Made by a program: the position numbers and the translations under genes. The notes beneath the pieces were generated by a model. The model was not told the DNA's origin. It saw nothing but the letters and a program-made list of their open reading frames with translations, and ran no database searches. Positions 48,187 through 57,735 of a DNA stretch of 64,000 bases are shown here, piece after piece (within the stretch, counting starts at the first letter, position 1; each line of letters opens with the position of its first letter). Origin of the DNA: Faecousia sp. (GTDB lineage: Bacteria; Bacillota; Clostridia; Oscillospirales; Oscillospiraceae); assembly GCA_045533015.1 (NCBI GenBank), contig JAZSHB010000016.1, forward strand, positions 61 through 64,060. Reading direction: 5' to 3'.

Positions 48187-48615
48187 TTATAAATACCCCT
48201 GCATTGATTTAATGTTTTCGTGTTCCCGGTCCAGCAATGTTTGGGAAAGCAGTGCTACCCGCCCGTCAGAGCTTAGGCTGTGATGCTGATTTTTCAGCCC
48301 CTTTATCATACCTCTCGTATTGCCTTGGATCATCATAGCTGCGATCTTGGAGTCTGCTCTGCCGAAGGTCAGGTTTGTTCGGGCGTACATCCTTGCCATC
48401 ATTTTTGCAGAAGGATCCAATTCCTTCAGTTCCCAGCCGCGGGCAGCGGCAATGGCATATGCCTCCCGTTCAATGGAATCGTATTCCCGAAGCTGCGATT
48501 GAAGTTCTTTTTTCAGATCCGTGCGGACAGCCTTCTCCATGACCGCCCGGATACCCGTTTGCCCCATTTGTGTCGTTTTCAGTATAGAGGACAGTATTTC
48601 TTTGCTGTTTTTCAT
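48187..48615 (-). CDS. Conserved helical hypothetical protein (probably sporulation related)
   Basis: GGAGGG RBS, helical DSKIAAMMIQG motif, sigG-like promoter upstream. Confidence 0.65.
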   Translation of the reverse strand: MKNSKEILSSILKTTQMGQTGIRAVMEKAVRTDLKKELQSQLREYDSIEREAYAIAAARGWELKELDPSAKMMARMYARTNLTFGRADSKIAAMMIQGNTRGMIKGLKNQHHSLSSDGRVALLSQTLLDREHENIKSMQGYL

Positions 48616-48630
48616 CAAATCACCCTCCAA

Positions 48631-48660
48631 AAGTATGGCTGATTTTTATGCTGTTCATGC
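48631..48660 (-). promoter_or_regulatory. SigG-like promoter
   Basis: GCATG-18 nt-CATACTT on the minus strand. Confidence 0.4.
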
Positions 48661-48711
48661 ACGGCATTGATATTTGTGCATAGAATATTGTGAAGGAAAG
48701 GGGATGGAGGT

Positions 48712-50535
48712 ATGTGCGCGATTGCAGGGCTGATCGGTCTGCATTTTGACGATGAGATCGGAAAGCAGATGCTCAAGACTATGCAGCACAGAGGACCGGA
48801 TGCGCAGGCAGTATACACAGGTACCTATTGCAGCCTGATGCACAGCAGATTGGCGATCATTGACCCTGAGGGCGGCAAACAGCCGATGTGTCTTTCTTGG
48901 GAGGGAGAGACCTATACGATCGTATATAACGGAGAATTGTATAATACCCAGGAGCTTCGTACACTTTTGCAAAAATCCGGGCATCGCTTCCAGGGACATT
49001 CCGATACGGAGGTGGTGCTACATGCTTATGCGCAGTGGGCAGAAGGCTGTGTTGAAAAATTTAACGGTATTTTTGCGTTTGGCATATGGGAGCACAAGCG
49101 GAAGAAGCTGTTTCTTGCAAGAGACCGCATTGGTGTCAAGCCGCTTTTTTACAAACTCCATGATGGGGGAATGCTGTTCGCGTCTGAAATGAAAACGATA
49201 CTGGCGTATCCGACTGTACAGGCACAGCTGGATGCCGAAGGGGCGGCGGAGATACTGATGCTTGGACCGGGCAGAACACCGGGCTGCGGTGTTTTCAAAG
49301 GTTTCTTTGAGTTGGAGCCCGGATGCTACGGTTACTACGCCTGCGGAAAATGGAACTGGAAGCGGTATTGGAAATTAACGGACAGGGAACATACGGACGA
49401 TTTTGCCGAGACGGCAGCGTATGTAAAATTTTTGGTAACTGACGCGATCAAGCGGCAGATGGTATCGGATATGCCCCTTGGCACATTCCTATCCGGAGGA
49501 CTTGATTCCAGTCTGATATCCGCCGTTTGCGCAAGGGAAATGGAGAAAAAGGGGCAGGTGCTGCCGACCTTTTCTATAGACTACGAAAATAATGATAAAT
49601 TTTTTGTGCCTGGAAAATTTCAGCCAAATTTGGATAACCGCTATATCCAGATCATGCAGCAGTTTCTCGGTTCGCAGCACCATTGGACCGTGCTGACACC
49701 GGAGGAATTGTTGGATGCGTTGGAGGATGCGACCTATGCGCGGGATCTGCCGGGCATGGCAGATGTGGATTTTTCCCTCCTTGTATTTTGCGGACGCATC
49801 CGGAAAAGTGTGAAAGTTGCATTGTCCGGGGAGTGCGCCGATGAGATATTCGGAGGATATCCATGGTACAGAGATCCGGAGGTTCGGGCATTGGACGGCT
49901 TTCCCTGGGCACAAAACACAAAGCAGCGGGCAGCGTTTCTTGCCCCGGCTCTGTCAGAAAAGATTGACCCAGAGGAATATGTGTACGACAAGTACAGCCA
50001 AACCATATCTCAGTGCGACATCCTACCTGGAACATCACCTCAGGAAAGGCGCATGAAGGAAATGGTAAATTTGAACCACCGGTGGTTTATGCAGACGCTA
50101 CTGGACAGGAAAGACAGAATGAGTATGCAGCATGGGCTGGAGGTTCGGGTGCCTTTTTGTGATTACCGGATCGCTGAGTACTTATACGCAGTCCCATGGG
50201 AATATAAGGACTATAACGGACAGGAAAAGGGGCTGCTTCGGTATGCAATGGGAGAATATTTGCCACAGGAAGTGCTTTATAGAAAGAAAAGTCCGTATCC
50301 CAAGACCCATGACCCCCGATATTTGCAGCTTGTCAGCAGTCGTCTGCAGCAACTGCTGGAGCAGAGGGATGCACCGATCTATCAGCTCGTTAGCCGCAAT
50401 GCGCTGAGGGAATTGCTGTCTGCGGAAACTGTCTGGCCCTGGTACGGACAACTGATGAAGGTGCCGCAAACGATTGCATATATGCTGCAGATCAACAACT
50501 GGCTGCAGCGCTACAATGTAGCTGTCAATTTCTAA
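48712..50535 (+). CDS. asnB: Asparagine synthase (glutamine-hydrolysing), AsnO-like
   Basis: Cys2, HRGPD, SGGLDSS, SGECADE. Confidence 0.94.
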   Translation: MCAIAGLIGLHFDDEIGKQMLKTMQHRGPDAQAVYTGTYCSLMHSRLAIIDPEGGKQPMCLSWEGETYTIVYNGELYNTQELRTLLQKSGHRFQGHSDTEVVLHAYAQWAEGCVEKFNGIFAFGIWEHKRKKLFLARDRIGVKPLFYKLHDGGMLFASEMKTILAYPTVQAQLDAEGAAEILMLGPGRTPGCGVFKGFFELEPGCYGYYACGKWNWKRYWKLTDREHTDDFAETAAYVKFLVTDAIKRQMVSDMPLGTFLSGGLDSSLISAVCAREMEKKGQVLPTFSIDYENNDKFFVPGKFQPNLDNRYIQIMQQFLGSQHHWTVLTPEELLDALEDATYARDLPGMADVDFSLLVFCGRIRKSVKVALSGECADEIFGGYPWYRDPEVRALDGFPWAQNTKQRAAFLAPALSEKIDPEEYVYDKYSQTISQCDILPGTSPQERRMKEMVNLNHRWFMQTLLDRKDRMSMQHGLEVRVPFCDYRIAEYLYAVPWEYKDYNGQEKGLLRYAMGEYLPQEVLYRKKSPYPKTHDPRYLQLVSSRLQQLLEQRDAPIYQLVSRNALRELLSAETVWPWYGQLMKVPQTIAYMLQINNWLQRYNVAVNF

Positions 50536-50540
50536 GGTTT

Positions 50541-50575
50541 GTACCACCTGACCGGCGTCAGGTGGTACTTTTTTC
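50541..50575 (+). terminator. Intrinsic terminator
   Basis: GTACCACCTGAC-cggc-GTCAGGTGGTAC followed by TTTTTT. Confidence 0.8.
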
Positions 50576-50687
50576 TGCGTATTTGCTGAAAATAAATCAA
50601 AAATTTATGCGATTTTCCTATATGAAAAATTTTCAGTATTATGTTATAATTATACATATGAGAAAACTTCTTTTGAGGAAGGAGTAA

Positions 50688-51203
50688 TTGTATATGTTTG
50701 TGCAGGGCGATCAGGTAATGTACGGGATCCATGGTATCTGTCGGATTCTGGAGCTGGAAACAAAAAAGGTTGACAGAAAAATGATCGAGTACTATGTGCT
50801 TGCACCTGTAGACCAGCCGGGTGCCAGGTTCTTTGTCCCGACACAAAATCAGACAGCTGTTGCGAAGCTCCGTCCTTTGATTACCCGAGAGCAGATCGAT
50901 GCGCTCCTTTGCGCAGAGGATTCACGGTCCGGTCATTGGGTCGCAGATGAAAATCAGCGCAAACAGCTTTATAGGGAACTGATCGTTTCTGGGGACCGTG
51001 CAGCACTGGTGCGTATGATCCATACGCTGCATATACACAGAAAGGAACAGCTGGAGGCAGGAAGAAAATTTCACCTGTGTGATGAAAATTTCTTGCGCGA
51101 TGCTGAGAAATTGCTGGGTGCGGAATTTTCTGCGGTCCTGGGTATACCCCAGGAAAACGTCGGAGAGTACATCAAAAACAAAATGATGGCAGATAACAAA
51201 TAG
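50688..51203 (+). CDS. CarD family transcriptional regulator
   Basis: GDQVMYGIHGICRI N-terminal RNAP-interaction domain. Confidence 0.88.
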   Translation: MYMFVQGDQVMYGIHGICRILELETKKVDRKMIEYYVLAPVDQPGARFFVPTQNQTAVAKLRPLITREQIDALLCAEDSRSGHWVADENQRKQLYRELIVSGDRAALVRMIHTLHIHRKEQLEAGRKFHLCDENFLRDAEKLLGAEFSAVLGIPQENVGEYIKNKMMADNK

Positions 51204-51236
51204 TGCTGTGGCTTACAAATGCCACAGCACTATTTT
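51198..51236. terminator. Bidirectional terminator
   Basis: AAATAGTGCTGTGGC...GCCACAGCACTATTT. Confidence 0.75.
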
Positions 51237-52206
51237 AGTTGTGCATATAGATCTGCGGTTGTTCTGCCAGAGGGAACCGATAGATCCTATCCGTTTCCAG
51301 ATCTTCGTGAAAAAGAGAAACACCGCTGATCTGACTGTTTTCGTAGGTGGTGTAGTAGTAAATTCCTTTGTCAGTATTACAGCAGCTGGTGTATACCGTC
51401 TTTTCGTAGCTGTCGCCGATCTTGACACAGCCCCTTTGCTGCGCTACAGAGCCCAGTATATGAAAGAACTGGCTGATACTTGCTTCCTCGCTGTCCGGCG
51501 CAACGCTATTGAGCTTTGTAAAGGCTGCCCGTATAAAACGCGAGGATGAGGACAGATCTCCGGGAAGTCCCACCGCCCCCATGCCGTAGCTGTAAGGAGA
51601 GAGTGTCAGCTGATCAGTAAAGCGGTTCGTTGGCTCCAGATTTGTAAGATTCAGGTAGTTGCACAAATGATTCATATGATAATCAAAGGGCGGGCTGTTG
51701 GTCAAAACACCGGCAGGATCGTCATATACCCGCAGTCCGGAGGCAGTTTGTTCCAATACCGCAGCCTCTGCTTTGTCAGCAATAAACCAGTGCAGCGGCG
51801 TTAGGGCAAAGGTATCATTAAAGGGTGTATCGATAATATTTAGTCCGGCAATGTCCTGCCGAAGCGCCTCCACAGTTTGATACTGTCCGAGAAACCACGG
51901 GATCAGCTCAAAGGGAGCGAGATTGAGCCTATTTTCTTTTTTGGTAAAATATACCGCATTTTGCGGAAAATTCAGAGCCGCAATACTCAGACCGCATTCG
52001 TTCGTAGCATCATAGAACAGGGGGTAATCATCTACGACAGTTGCCATACCGATCATTGCGTAATGATCTCTAAGCGGCTTCTGCTCACGAAAAGTAAAGG
52101 GATAATGACGGGGGGTTATGGTCACTGTCTCGTTGTAATTGTATGCAAGATCCAGATTTCTGCCAAAATAGTGATCCTTCGTTTTGTAGGTGATAGCGGT
52201 ACACAT
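51235..52206 (-). CDS. bsh: Choloylglycine hydrolase (bile salt hydrolase family)
   Basis: MCTA.. N-terminal Cys, GRNLD, NECGL, LTNSP, GLPGD.SS.SRF. Confidence 0.88.
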   Translation of the reverse strand: MCTAITYKTKDHYFGRNLDLAYNYNETVTITPRHYPFTFREQKPLRDHYAMIGMATVVDDYPLFYDATNECGLSIAALNFPQNAVYFTKKENRLNLAPFELIPWFLGQYQTVEALRQDIAGLNIIDTPFNDTFALTPLHWFIADKAEAAVLEQTASGLRVYDDPAGVLTNSPPFDYHMNHLCNYLNLTNLEPTNRFTDQLTLSPYSYGMGAVGLPGDLSSSSRFIRAAFTKLNSVAPDSEEASISQFFHILGSVAQQRGCVKIGDSYEKTVYTSCCNTDKGIYYYTTYENSQISGVSLFHEDLETDRIYRFPLAEQPQIYMHN

Positions 52207-52325
52207 TTGCCTTCTCCTTTCTGGAAGTAGTATGCCGCAAAAAAGTAAAATACTTGTAAAAAAATTGGAAAATACTTTTTCTGTGTATACAGATGTGTTA
52301 TAATCCCCATGTAGGAGGTGGCAAA

Positions 52326-52985
52326 ATGCTCACATACGAACAGGTAACAAAAAGTGAAGCGATCAAGACCTATATCACTTGTGCGGATGAATCTCTGGTG
52401 GCGCTTGGATACACGGAGCACAGCTTTGCCCATGTGGTCCATGTTGCGCAGACTGCCGGTTATATATTACAGACGCTGGGCTATGACAGCCGTACAGTGG
52501 AGCTTGCTAAAATTGCTGGATACCTGCATGATATTGGAAATCTTGTCAACCGTAAAGATCATTCCCAGTCCGGTGCGGTTATGGCGTGGAGCATTCTCAA
52601 CGATATGGGCTGTGATCCCGGTGAGATCGCGACCATCGTGACTGCCATCGGCAACCATGATGAGGGGACCGGCGTTCCGGTCAATGCGGTCGCGGCAGCA
52701 CTGATATTGGCAGACAAGGCGGATGTGCGAAGAAGCCGTGTGCGCAACAGCGATGTTTCTTCCTTTGATATGCACGACAGGGTCAATTATTCCGTCAAGC
52801 ATTCTGTGCTAAAGATCAATGAAGAAAAGACTTTGGTAAAGCTGAAGCTGACCGTCGATACGCAGTACGGTTCTGTTATGGACTATTTTGAAATTTTTAT
52901 GGGTCGTATGATCCTTTGCCGCAAAGCAGCGGAGAAGCTTGGACTGCAGTTTAAGCTGATCATCAACGAACAACAGTTGATCTAA
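52326..52985 (+). CDS. HD-domain phosphohydrolase
   Basis: EHS..H, LHDIG, NHD, ADKAD. Confidence 0.88.
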   Translation: MLTYEQVTKSEAIKTYITCADESLVALGYTEHSFAHVVHVAQTAGYILQTLGYDSRTVELAKIAGYLHDIGNLVNRKDHSQSGAVMAWSILNDMGCDPGEIATIVTAIGNHDEGTGVPVNAVAAALILADKADVRRSRVRNSDVSSFDMHDRVNYSVKHSVLKINEEKTLVKLKLTVDTQYGSVMDYFEIFMGRMILCRKAAEKLGLQFKLIINEQQLI

Positions 52986-52993
52986 GAACGCAC

Positions 52994-53025
52994 AAAGCCC
53001 TGGAACCAAACGGTTCCAGGGCTTT
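52994..53025. terminator. Bidirectional terminator
   Basis: AAAGCCCTGGAACC-aaac-GGTTCCAGGGCTTT. Confidence 0.75.
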
Positions 53026-53029
53026 ATCA

Positions 53030-54586
53030 TTAAAACGCTGCTAATAGTCCCAGAATAATCACCTGACCACGGCTGTGTGCCCTGATCACAAGCGGCAGAT
53101 CCTTCTCAAGGGGCTTTCCTGTATGTACTCTGTGCCACAAGGATTTCGGCCAGCCGAGAGGAGAGGTGTTGCAGACAGTCATTTGACCGTCTAACTCGGT
53201 TTCAAAGGAACCCTTGCTGGTGTAATATTGTATCCAGATGCGCTTTGCACCCTTTGGTGCAGTAAGTTGAATGCTGCCTTCAGCATTGTTGCAGACCAAA
53301 GTTCCAAACCACTTTTTGCAATCGGGGGTATCGGTATGGAAGGCAAAGCCGCCTTCGATATGATCCTTCAGCTTGTTGGCATATTTTACGGTGACCTTAT
53401 GGAAGGTATCACTATACACCCAATTGCTGGGGATGGGCGTATCGGCGTACGCCTTGTTTAGATCTGTTGTAGCGTAAACATGATCCAAATAATTGCAGAC
53501 ACAGGTTGCCAACAGCGCATGACCGGTATTGTTGGGATGAATCTCATCCGGTGACAGAAGCTCCCAGTCGCAGATCAGCTGACTGTCAGGAGAAATTGCG
53601 TTGTGATAGCTGATCGTGGGGACATGGTAGTGCTTTGCGATCTGGCTGTGATAGCGCTGCAGACCGTTATTGTCCTGATCGTTCAGAAATACCTGGATCA
53701 CGGCGATGCCTGCTTCCAGGCACCTACGAACGATCGATTCGTATGCGTCAAAGATCTCATCTTTCAGAAGAAAATGAAAGGTGGAAGGATCGTTCACGGA
53801 AAACTCGACGGTAACCAGGTCAGGCTTGTACTGCAGGACCATCTGCTCTAAACGGAAGGTTCCCAAAAAGGAAGGGGTTGCACCGATACCGGCGTTGACC
53901 TCGTTTACGGTCGTTTGGGGGAACCGGGAGCGAAACCACTCAACAGTACGGAAAAACCAGCATTTTTCGCCACCCAATGCTTCGTTATATGCGGTTGCAT
54001 TGTTGCCGATCTTGGCTTTGGCACCCTGGGTTATAGAACCGCCAATGCCTGCGACCGTTATCTCCTCACCTCTGGCAGCCTTACAGAACACTTTCCGTAT
54101 GCGGTCGTTATTATCCTCGGTGTTAAAGCTGTAAGCGCGCAGGACCGCATTGCGCATATCCTCTTCACTGATGCCAAACGCCTGAGAGAGTGTTTGCAGT
54201 GTTTGGGTGTGATCGTGATAGATATCCATGCTGTGTATTCTCTTCCTGTGTTGTGTGTGCGCGTGTTTTCGGGTTTTGATTTGTTGCTTTACCTTTGCGT
54301 GCAGATCCTTCAGAATTTTGAGTGTCTTCTGGTCATTTGGAAACAGCAGTCGAAGCAGGGCGATGGCAAGAGCGATGGTTATAAGCTTTTCCGGAGAGAT
54401 AGGCAGCCACAGAAAGGTCAGATAGCCACCTGCCAGCAGCTGCATCCATTCAATTCTAAGCCATGTGCCGATTGCCATTAAAACATAAGACCAGCCATTC
54501 GTAATGATCCAGGCAATACCAAGGCACAACAGCAACCGTGGATTGGCAATAAACTGAAACATCTTTTTTATCGTTTCTTTTTTCAT
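53030..54586 (-). CDS. SGNH/GDSL hydrolase with N-terminal membrane module
   Basis: GGSITQG, NAGIG, EFSVND, DEIHP; hydrophobic N-terminal ~85 aa. Confidence 0.82.
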   Translation of the reverse strand: MKKETIKKMFQFIANPRLLLCLGIAWIITNGWSYVLMAIGTWLRIEWMQLLAGGYLTFLWLPISPEKLITIALAIALLRLLFPNDQKTLKILKDLHAKVKQQIKTRKHAHTQHRKRIHSMDIYHDHTQTLQTLSQAFGISEEDMRNAVLRAYSFNTEDNNDRIRKVFCKAARGEEITVAGIGGSITQGAKAKIGNNATAYNEALGGEKCWFFRTVEWFRSRFPQTTVNEVNAGIGATPSFLGTFRLEQMVLQYKPDLVTVEFSVNDPSTFHFLLKDEIFDAYESIVRRCLEAGIAVIQVFLNDQDNNGLQRYHSQIAKHYHVPTISYHNAISPDSQLICDWELLSPDEIHPNNTGHALLATCVCNYLDHVYATTDLNKAYADTPIPSNWVYSDTFHKVTVKYANKLKDHIEGGFAFHTDTPDCKKWFGTLVCNNAEGSIQLTAPKGAKRIWIQYYTSKGSFETELDGQMTVCNTSPLGWPKSLWHRVHTGKPLEKDLPLVIRAHSRGQVIILGLLAAF

Positions 54587-54792
54587 ACGGCATCGCCCTT
54601 GTAAGGTTGTCTATGAATGATTCAATTGTAGCGTCAGAGTAAGAATTTGTCAATATACTGGCGTGCGTGACCTGTGTGCAGAAATGCGTAATTTTACTTA
54701 AATATTTACAGAAACAGGCGACGAGGATTTAGTGGAAACAGGAAAGTGAAGAAATAAAATCGGCAACCCTCCTGTCGAGGATTGCCGATTTT

Positions 54793-54869
54793 TGGTCGGA
54801 GTGTCGGGATTCGAACCCGAGGCCTCTTGGACCCGAACCAAGCGCGATACCAAACTTCGCCACACCCCG
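54793..54869 (-). tRNA. tRNA-Pro(CGG)
   Basis: Cloverleaf, anticodon loop TTCGGGT, CCA; terminator hairpin at 54757-54793. Confidence 0.96.
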
Positions 54870-54985
54870 ATAGCCCCCATATTATAAAGAAATATTATGC
54901 CGTTGTCAAGTCTTAACAGAAGTTTTCTCCACCGTGTGAATTTACCTCTTTGACGCTGCGTAAAATACTCCAGGGAGGTGGGGCG

Positions 54986-55282
54986 ATGGGATACAGAATC
55001 CAATACGGACAAACTTTACAGAAGGTCGAGATCCGAGAAACTGGTCACCGTTCCAAACGGCGGGTGTTGCCTATAGTGCTTATTCTGGGATGCCTTGCTT
55101 GTGTTGGATTGTTTATGTCTCAGCCGGATTTTTTGCGGGATATCATCTTGCCGGGTAATGCTGAGGTTACTGAGACTGCGCTGATAAATTTAGCAGAGGA
55201 TGTCCGCAGCGGTGAAACGGTTAAAGATGCGATCGCAGCCTTTTGTCGGGAGATCATTACCAATGCTAACATTGCGCAATAA
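54986..55282 (+). CDS. Small single-TM hypothetical protein upstream of spoIVFB
   Basis: GGAGG RBS, one TM segment, overlaps next gene. Confidence 0.7.
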   Translation: MGYRIQYGQTLQKVEIRETGHRSKRRVLPIVLILGCLACVGLFMSQPDFLRDIILPGNAEVTETALINLAEDVRSGETVKDAIAAFCREIITNANIAQ

Positions 55283-55844
55283 GCTGATCGATATCAAACC
55301 TGGATTTTTTGTGGTGGCAGCACTTTTCTTGTTTCTATTTCCCCTAAGATGGGTCCTTGGGTGGATGATCGCGGCGACTGTGCATGAACTGTGCCATTGT
55401 GTCGCCTTATGGCTGTGCAATGTGAAGATCTATTGTGTACATATCGATCTCAACGGTGCCGCTATTGAAACGGAGTATATGCAACGAAAGCAGGAGCTGA
55501 TAGCCGCGATTGCAGGCCCGTTGGGCGGTGTTTTACTGATTCTGTTTTCCAGGTGGCTTCCCTGTACGGCAGTGTGCGCACTGGTGCAGTCTGTGTATAA
55601 TCTGCTGCCTGTGTATCCTTTGGACGGGGGTAGGGTGCTTCGGTGTTGTATGATAGGTGTAGCAGGTGAGAAAAATGCGGCTGCGCTTTGGCGTTTGGTC
55701 GAGGATACCGTGCTTGTGCTGATATTTATCCTTGCGGTCATTGCAGGCGTTAGATGGCATATAGGATTGCTGCCTGCGGTATGCGCGGTGCTGTTGTTTG
55801 TTAAAAGTGGGCGGTTAAAAATACCTTGCAAACAAAACCGATAA
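55263..55844 (+). CDS. spoIVFB: M50 site-2 protease, SpoIVFB-like
   Basis: HELCH, AGP, NLLPVYPLDGG; synteny with the radical SAM pair; start uncertain. Confidence 0.75.
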   Translation: MLTLRNKLIDIKPGFFVVAALFLFLFPLRWVLGWMIAATVHELCHCVALWLCNVKIYCVHIDLNGAAIETEYMQRKQELIAAIAGPLGGVLLILFSRWLPCTAVCALVQSVYNLLPVYPLDGGRVLRCCMIGVAGEKNAAALWRLVEDTVLVLIFILAVIAGVRWHIGLLPAVCAVLLFVKSGRLKIPCKQNR

Positions 55845-55899
55845 ATAGTACAATAGTTCCGGTGTGTGCGTTTATGCTCCGCCGGAGAGGAAAAGACAG

Positions 55900-57735
55900 A
55901 TGACTGAATTGCTGAAACGAATCCTGCCTGCCGTGCAAAAGCCGGCACGCTATACAGGTGGAGAGTATAACGAAATTAAGAAGGATCCGTCACAGGTACG
56001 GGTCCGCGTGGCTTTTTGTTTTCCCGATACTTATGAGATCGGTATGTCCAATGTGGGAATGCGTATTCTCTACGGGGTGATGAACCAGATGGAGGGCGTC
56101 TGGTGTGAGCGCGTTTTTGCACCTTGGTCTGATATGGAAAAGGCGATGCTCGATAGTGGTTTGCCCTTATGGGCGCTGGAAAGCCAGGACCCAGTTAAGG
56201 ATTTTGATATGATCGCCTTTACCATCGGCTATGAAATGTGCTATAGCAATATCCTCAACATGCTGCAGCTGGCAGGTGTGCCGCTTCATGCAAAGGATCG
56301 AAGAGGACTGAAAAATATCGTGTTTGCCGGTGGCGTTTGTGCCTTCAATCCGGAACCGCTGGCGGAATTTATAGACTTCTTTTCTCTTGGTGAAGGGGAG
56401 GATATCACTCCGGAGATCATCTGCTTATATGACCGTGCAAAGGCGGAAGGTTGGTCTAAGGATTCTTTTCTTGAGGAGGTCTCCAAAATCCCGGGCGTTT
56501 ATGTCCCGTCTTTTTATGAGCACAGCTACCGTGCTGACGGAACACTGGAGAGTATAACGCCCCTGCATGGAGCGCCTAGGACAGTCACCAAGCGCATAGT
56601 GGAGGACCTGGACAATGCTTACTACCCCACGAAAATGATCGTCCCCTCTACGGAGATCGTTCATGACCGGGCAAACCTGGAGGTGTTTAGAGGCTGTGTC
56701 CGGGGCTGCCGTTTTTGCCAGGCAGGTTTTTCCTGCCGACCTGTACGAAGAAAAAGTGCAAAGGTTTTGTATAAGCAGGCGGTGGAAACGCTGGAGGATT
56801 CCGGGCATAATGAGATCACGCTGTCCAGTCTTTCCACCTCTGACTACCGGGAGCTGAAGGAACTGACGGATGCGATGATTCCCTATTGCGCTGATCACAG
56901 GATCAATCTTTCGGTACCCTCCCTGAGAGCAGATAATTTTTCCAGGGAACTGATGCAGAAGCTGCAGACCTTACGGAAAAGCGGTTTGACCTTTGCACCG
57001 GAGGCGGGGACCCAACGGCTGCGTGATGTGATCAATAAGAATTTGACTGAGGAGGAGATCCTGTCCACCTGTGCCAATGCATTCAGCGGCGGCTGGAGCA
57101 ATGTGAAGCTGTACTTCATGCTGGGCTTGCCTACGGAGACAGACGAGGATGTACTGGGAATCGCGGAGCTGGTATATAAGATCATCAATGTGTGGAAAGA
57201 AACAGCCTCCAACAAAAAACGAGGACTTCGTGTTCATGTGGCAACGGCGTACTTTGTTCCTAAGCCCCACACACCGTTCCAATGGGAAAAGCAGATCACG
57301 CCCCAGGAGTATTTGCGTCGCGCCAAGTTGCTCAAGAGCCATCTGTATGCAAAATCGGTCGAATATAATTATCACGAACCGGATCTGAGCCGGCTGGAAG
57401 CGGTATTTGCCCGGGGAGACCGCCGGCTGTGCGATGTAATAGAGGAAGCGGTTCGGCATGGCGCAAGGCTGGATGGCTGGGACGAGCATTTTTCCTATCA
57501 GACCTGGCTGGATGCCTTTGAAAGCTGCGGCATTGACCCGGATTTCTATACCGTAAGGGGTTATGATGAGGAGCAGATTCTACCCTGGGATACGATCGAT
57601 GTGGGTGTTACCAAGAAATTTCTGCAGTCAGAGCGCGCCCGCGCTTACGCAGGAACGGTAACGCCGGACTGCCGTCATCGCTGCAGCGGCTGCGGTGCCG
57701 ACAAGCTTTTGCAGGAGGTGCGATGCGATGCCTAG
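55900..57735 (+). CDS. TIGR03960-type B12-binding radical SAM protein
   Basis: VQKPARYTGGE, FPDTYEIGMS, CVRGCRFC, FAPEAG. Confidence 0.9.
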   Translation: MTELLKRILPAVQKPARYTGGEYNEIKKDPSQVRVRVAFCFPDTYEIGMSNVGMRILYGVMNQMEGVWCERVFAPWSDMEKAMLDSGLPLWALESQDPVKDFDMIAFTIGYEMCYSNILNMLQLAGVPLHAKDRRGLKNIVFAGGVCAFNPEPLAEFIDFFSLGEGEDITPEIICLYDRAKAEGWSKDSFLEEVSKIPGVYVPSFYEHSYRADGTLESITPLHGAPRTVTKRIVEDLDNAYYPTKMIVPSTEIVHDRANLEVFRGCVRGCRFCQAGFSCRPVRRKSAKVLYKQAVETLEDSGHNEITLSSLSTSDYRELKELTDAMIPYCADHRINLSVPSLRADNFSRELMQKLQTLRKSGLTFAPEAGTQRLRDVINKNLTEEEILSTCANAFSGGWSNVKLYFMLGLPTETDEDVLGIAELVYKIINVWKETASNKKRGLRVHVATAYFVPKPHTPFQWEKQITPQEYLRRAKLLKSHLYAKSVEYNYHEPDLSRLEAVFARGDRRLCDVIEEAVRHGARLDGWDEHFSYQTWLDAFESCGIDPDFYTVRGYDEEQILPWDTIDVGVTKKFLQSERARAYAGTVTPDCRHRCSGCGADKLLQEVRCDA

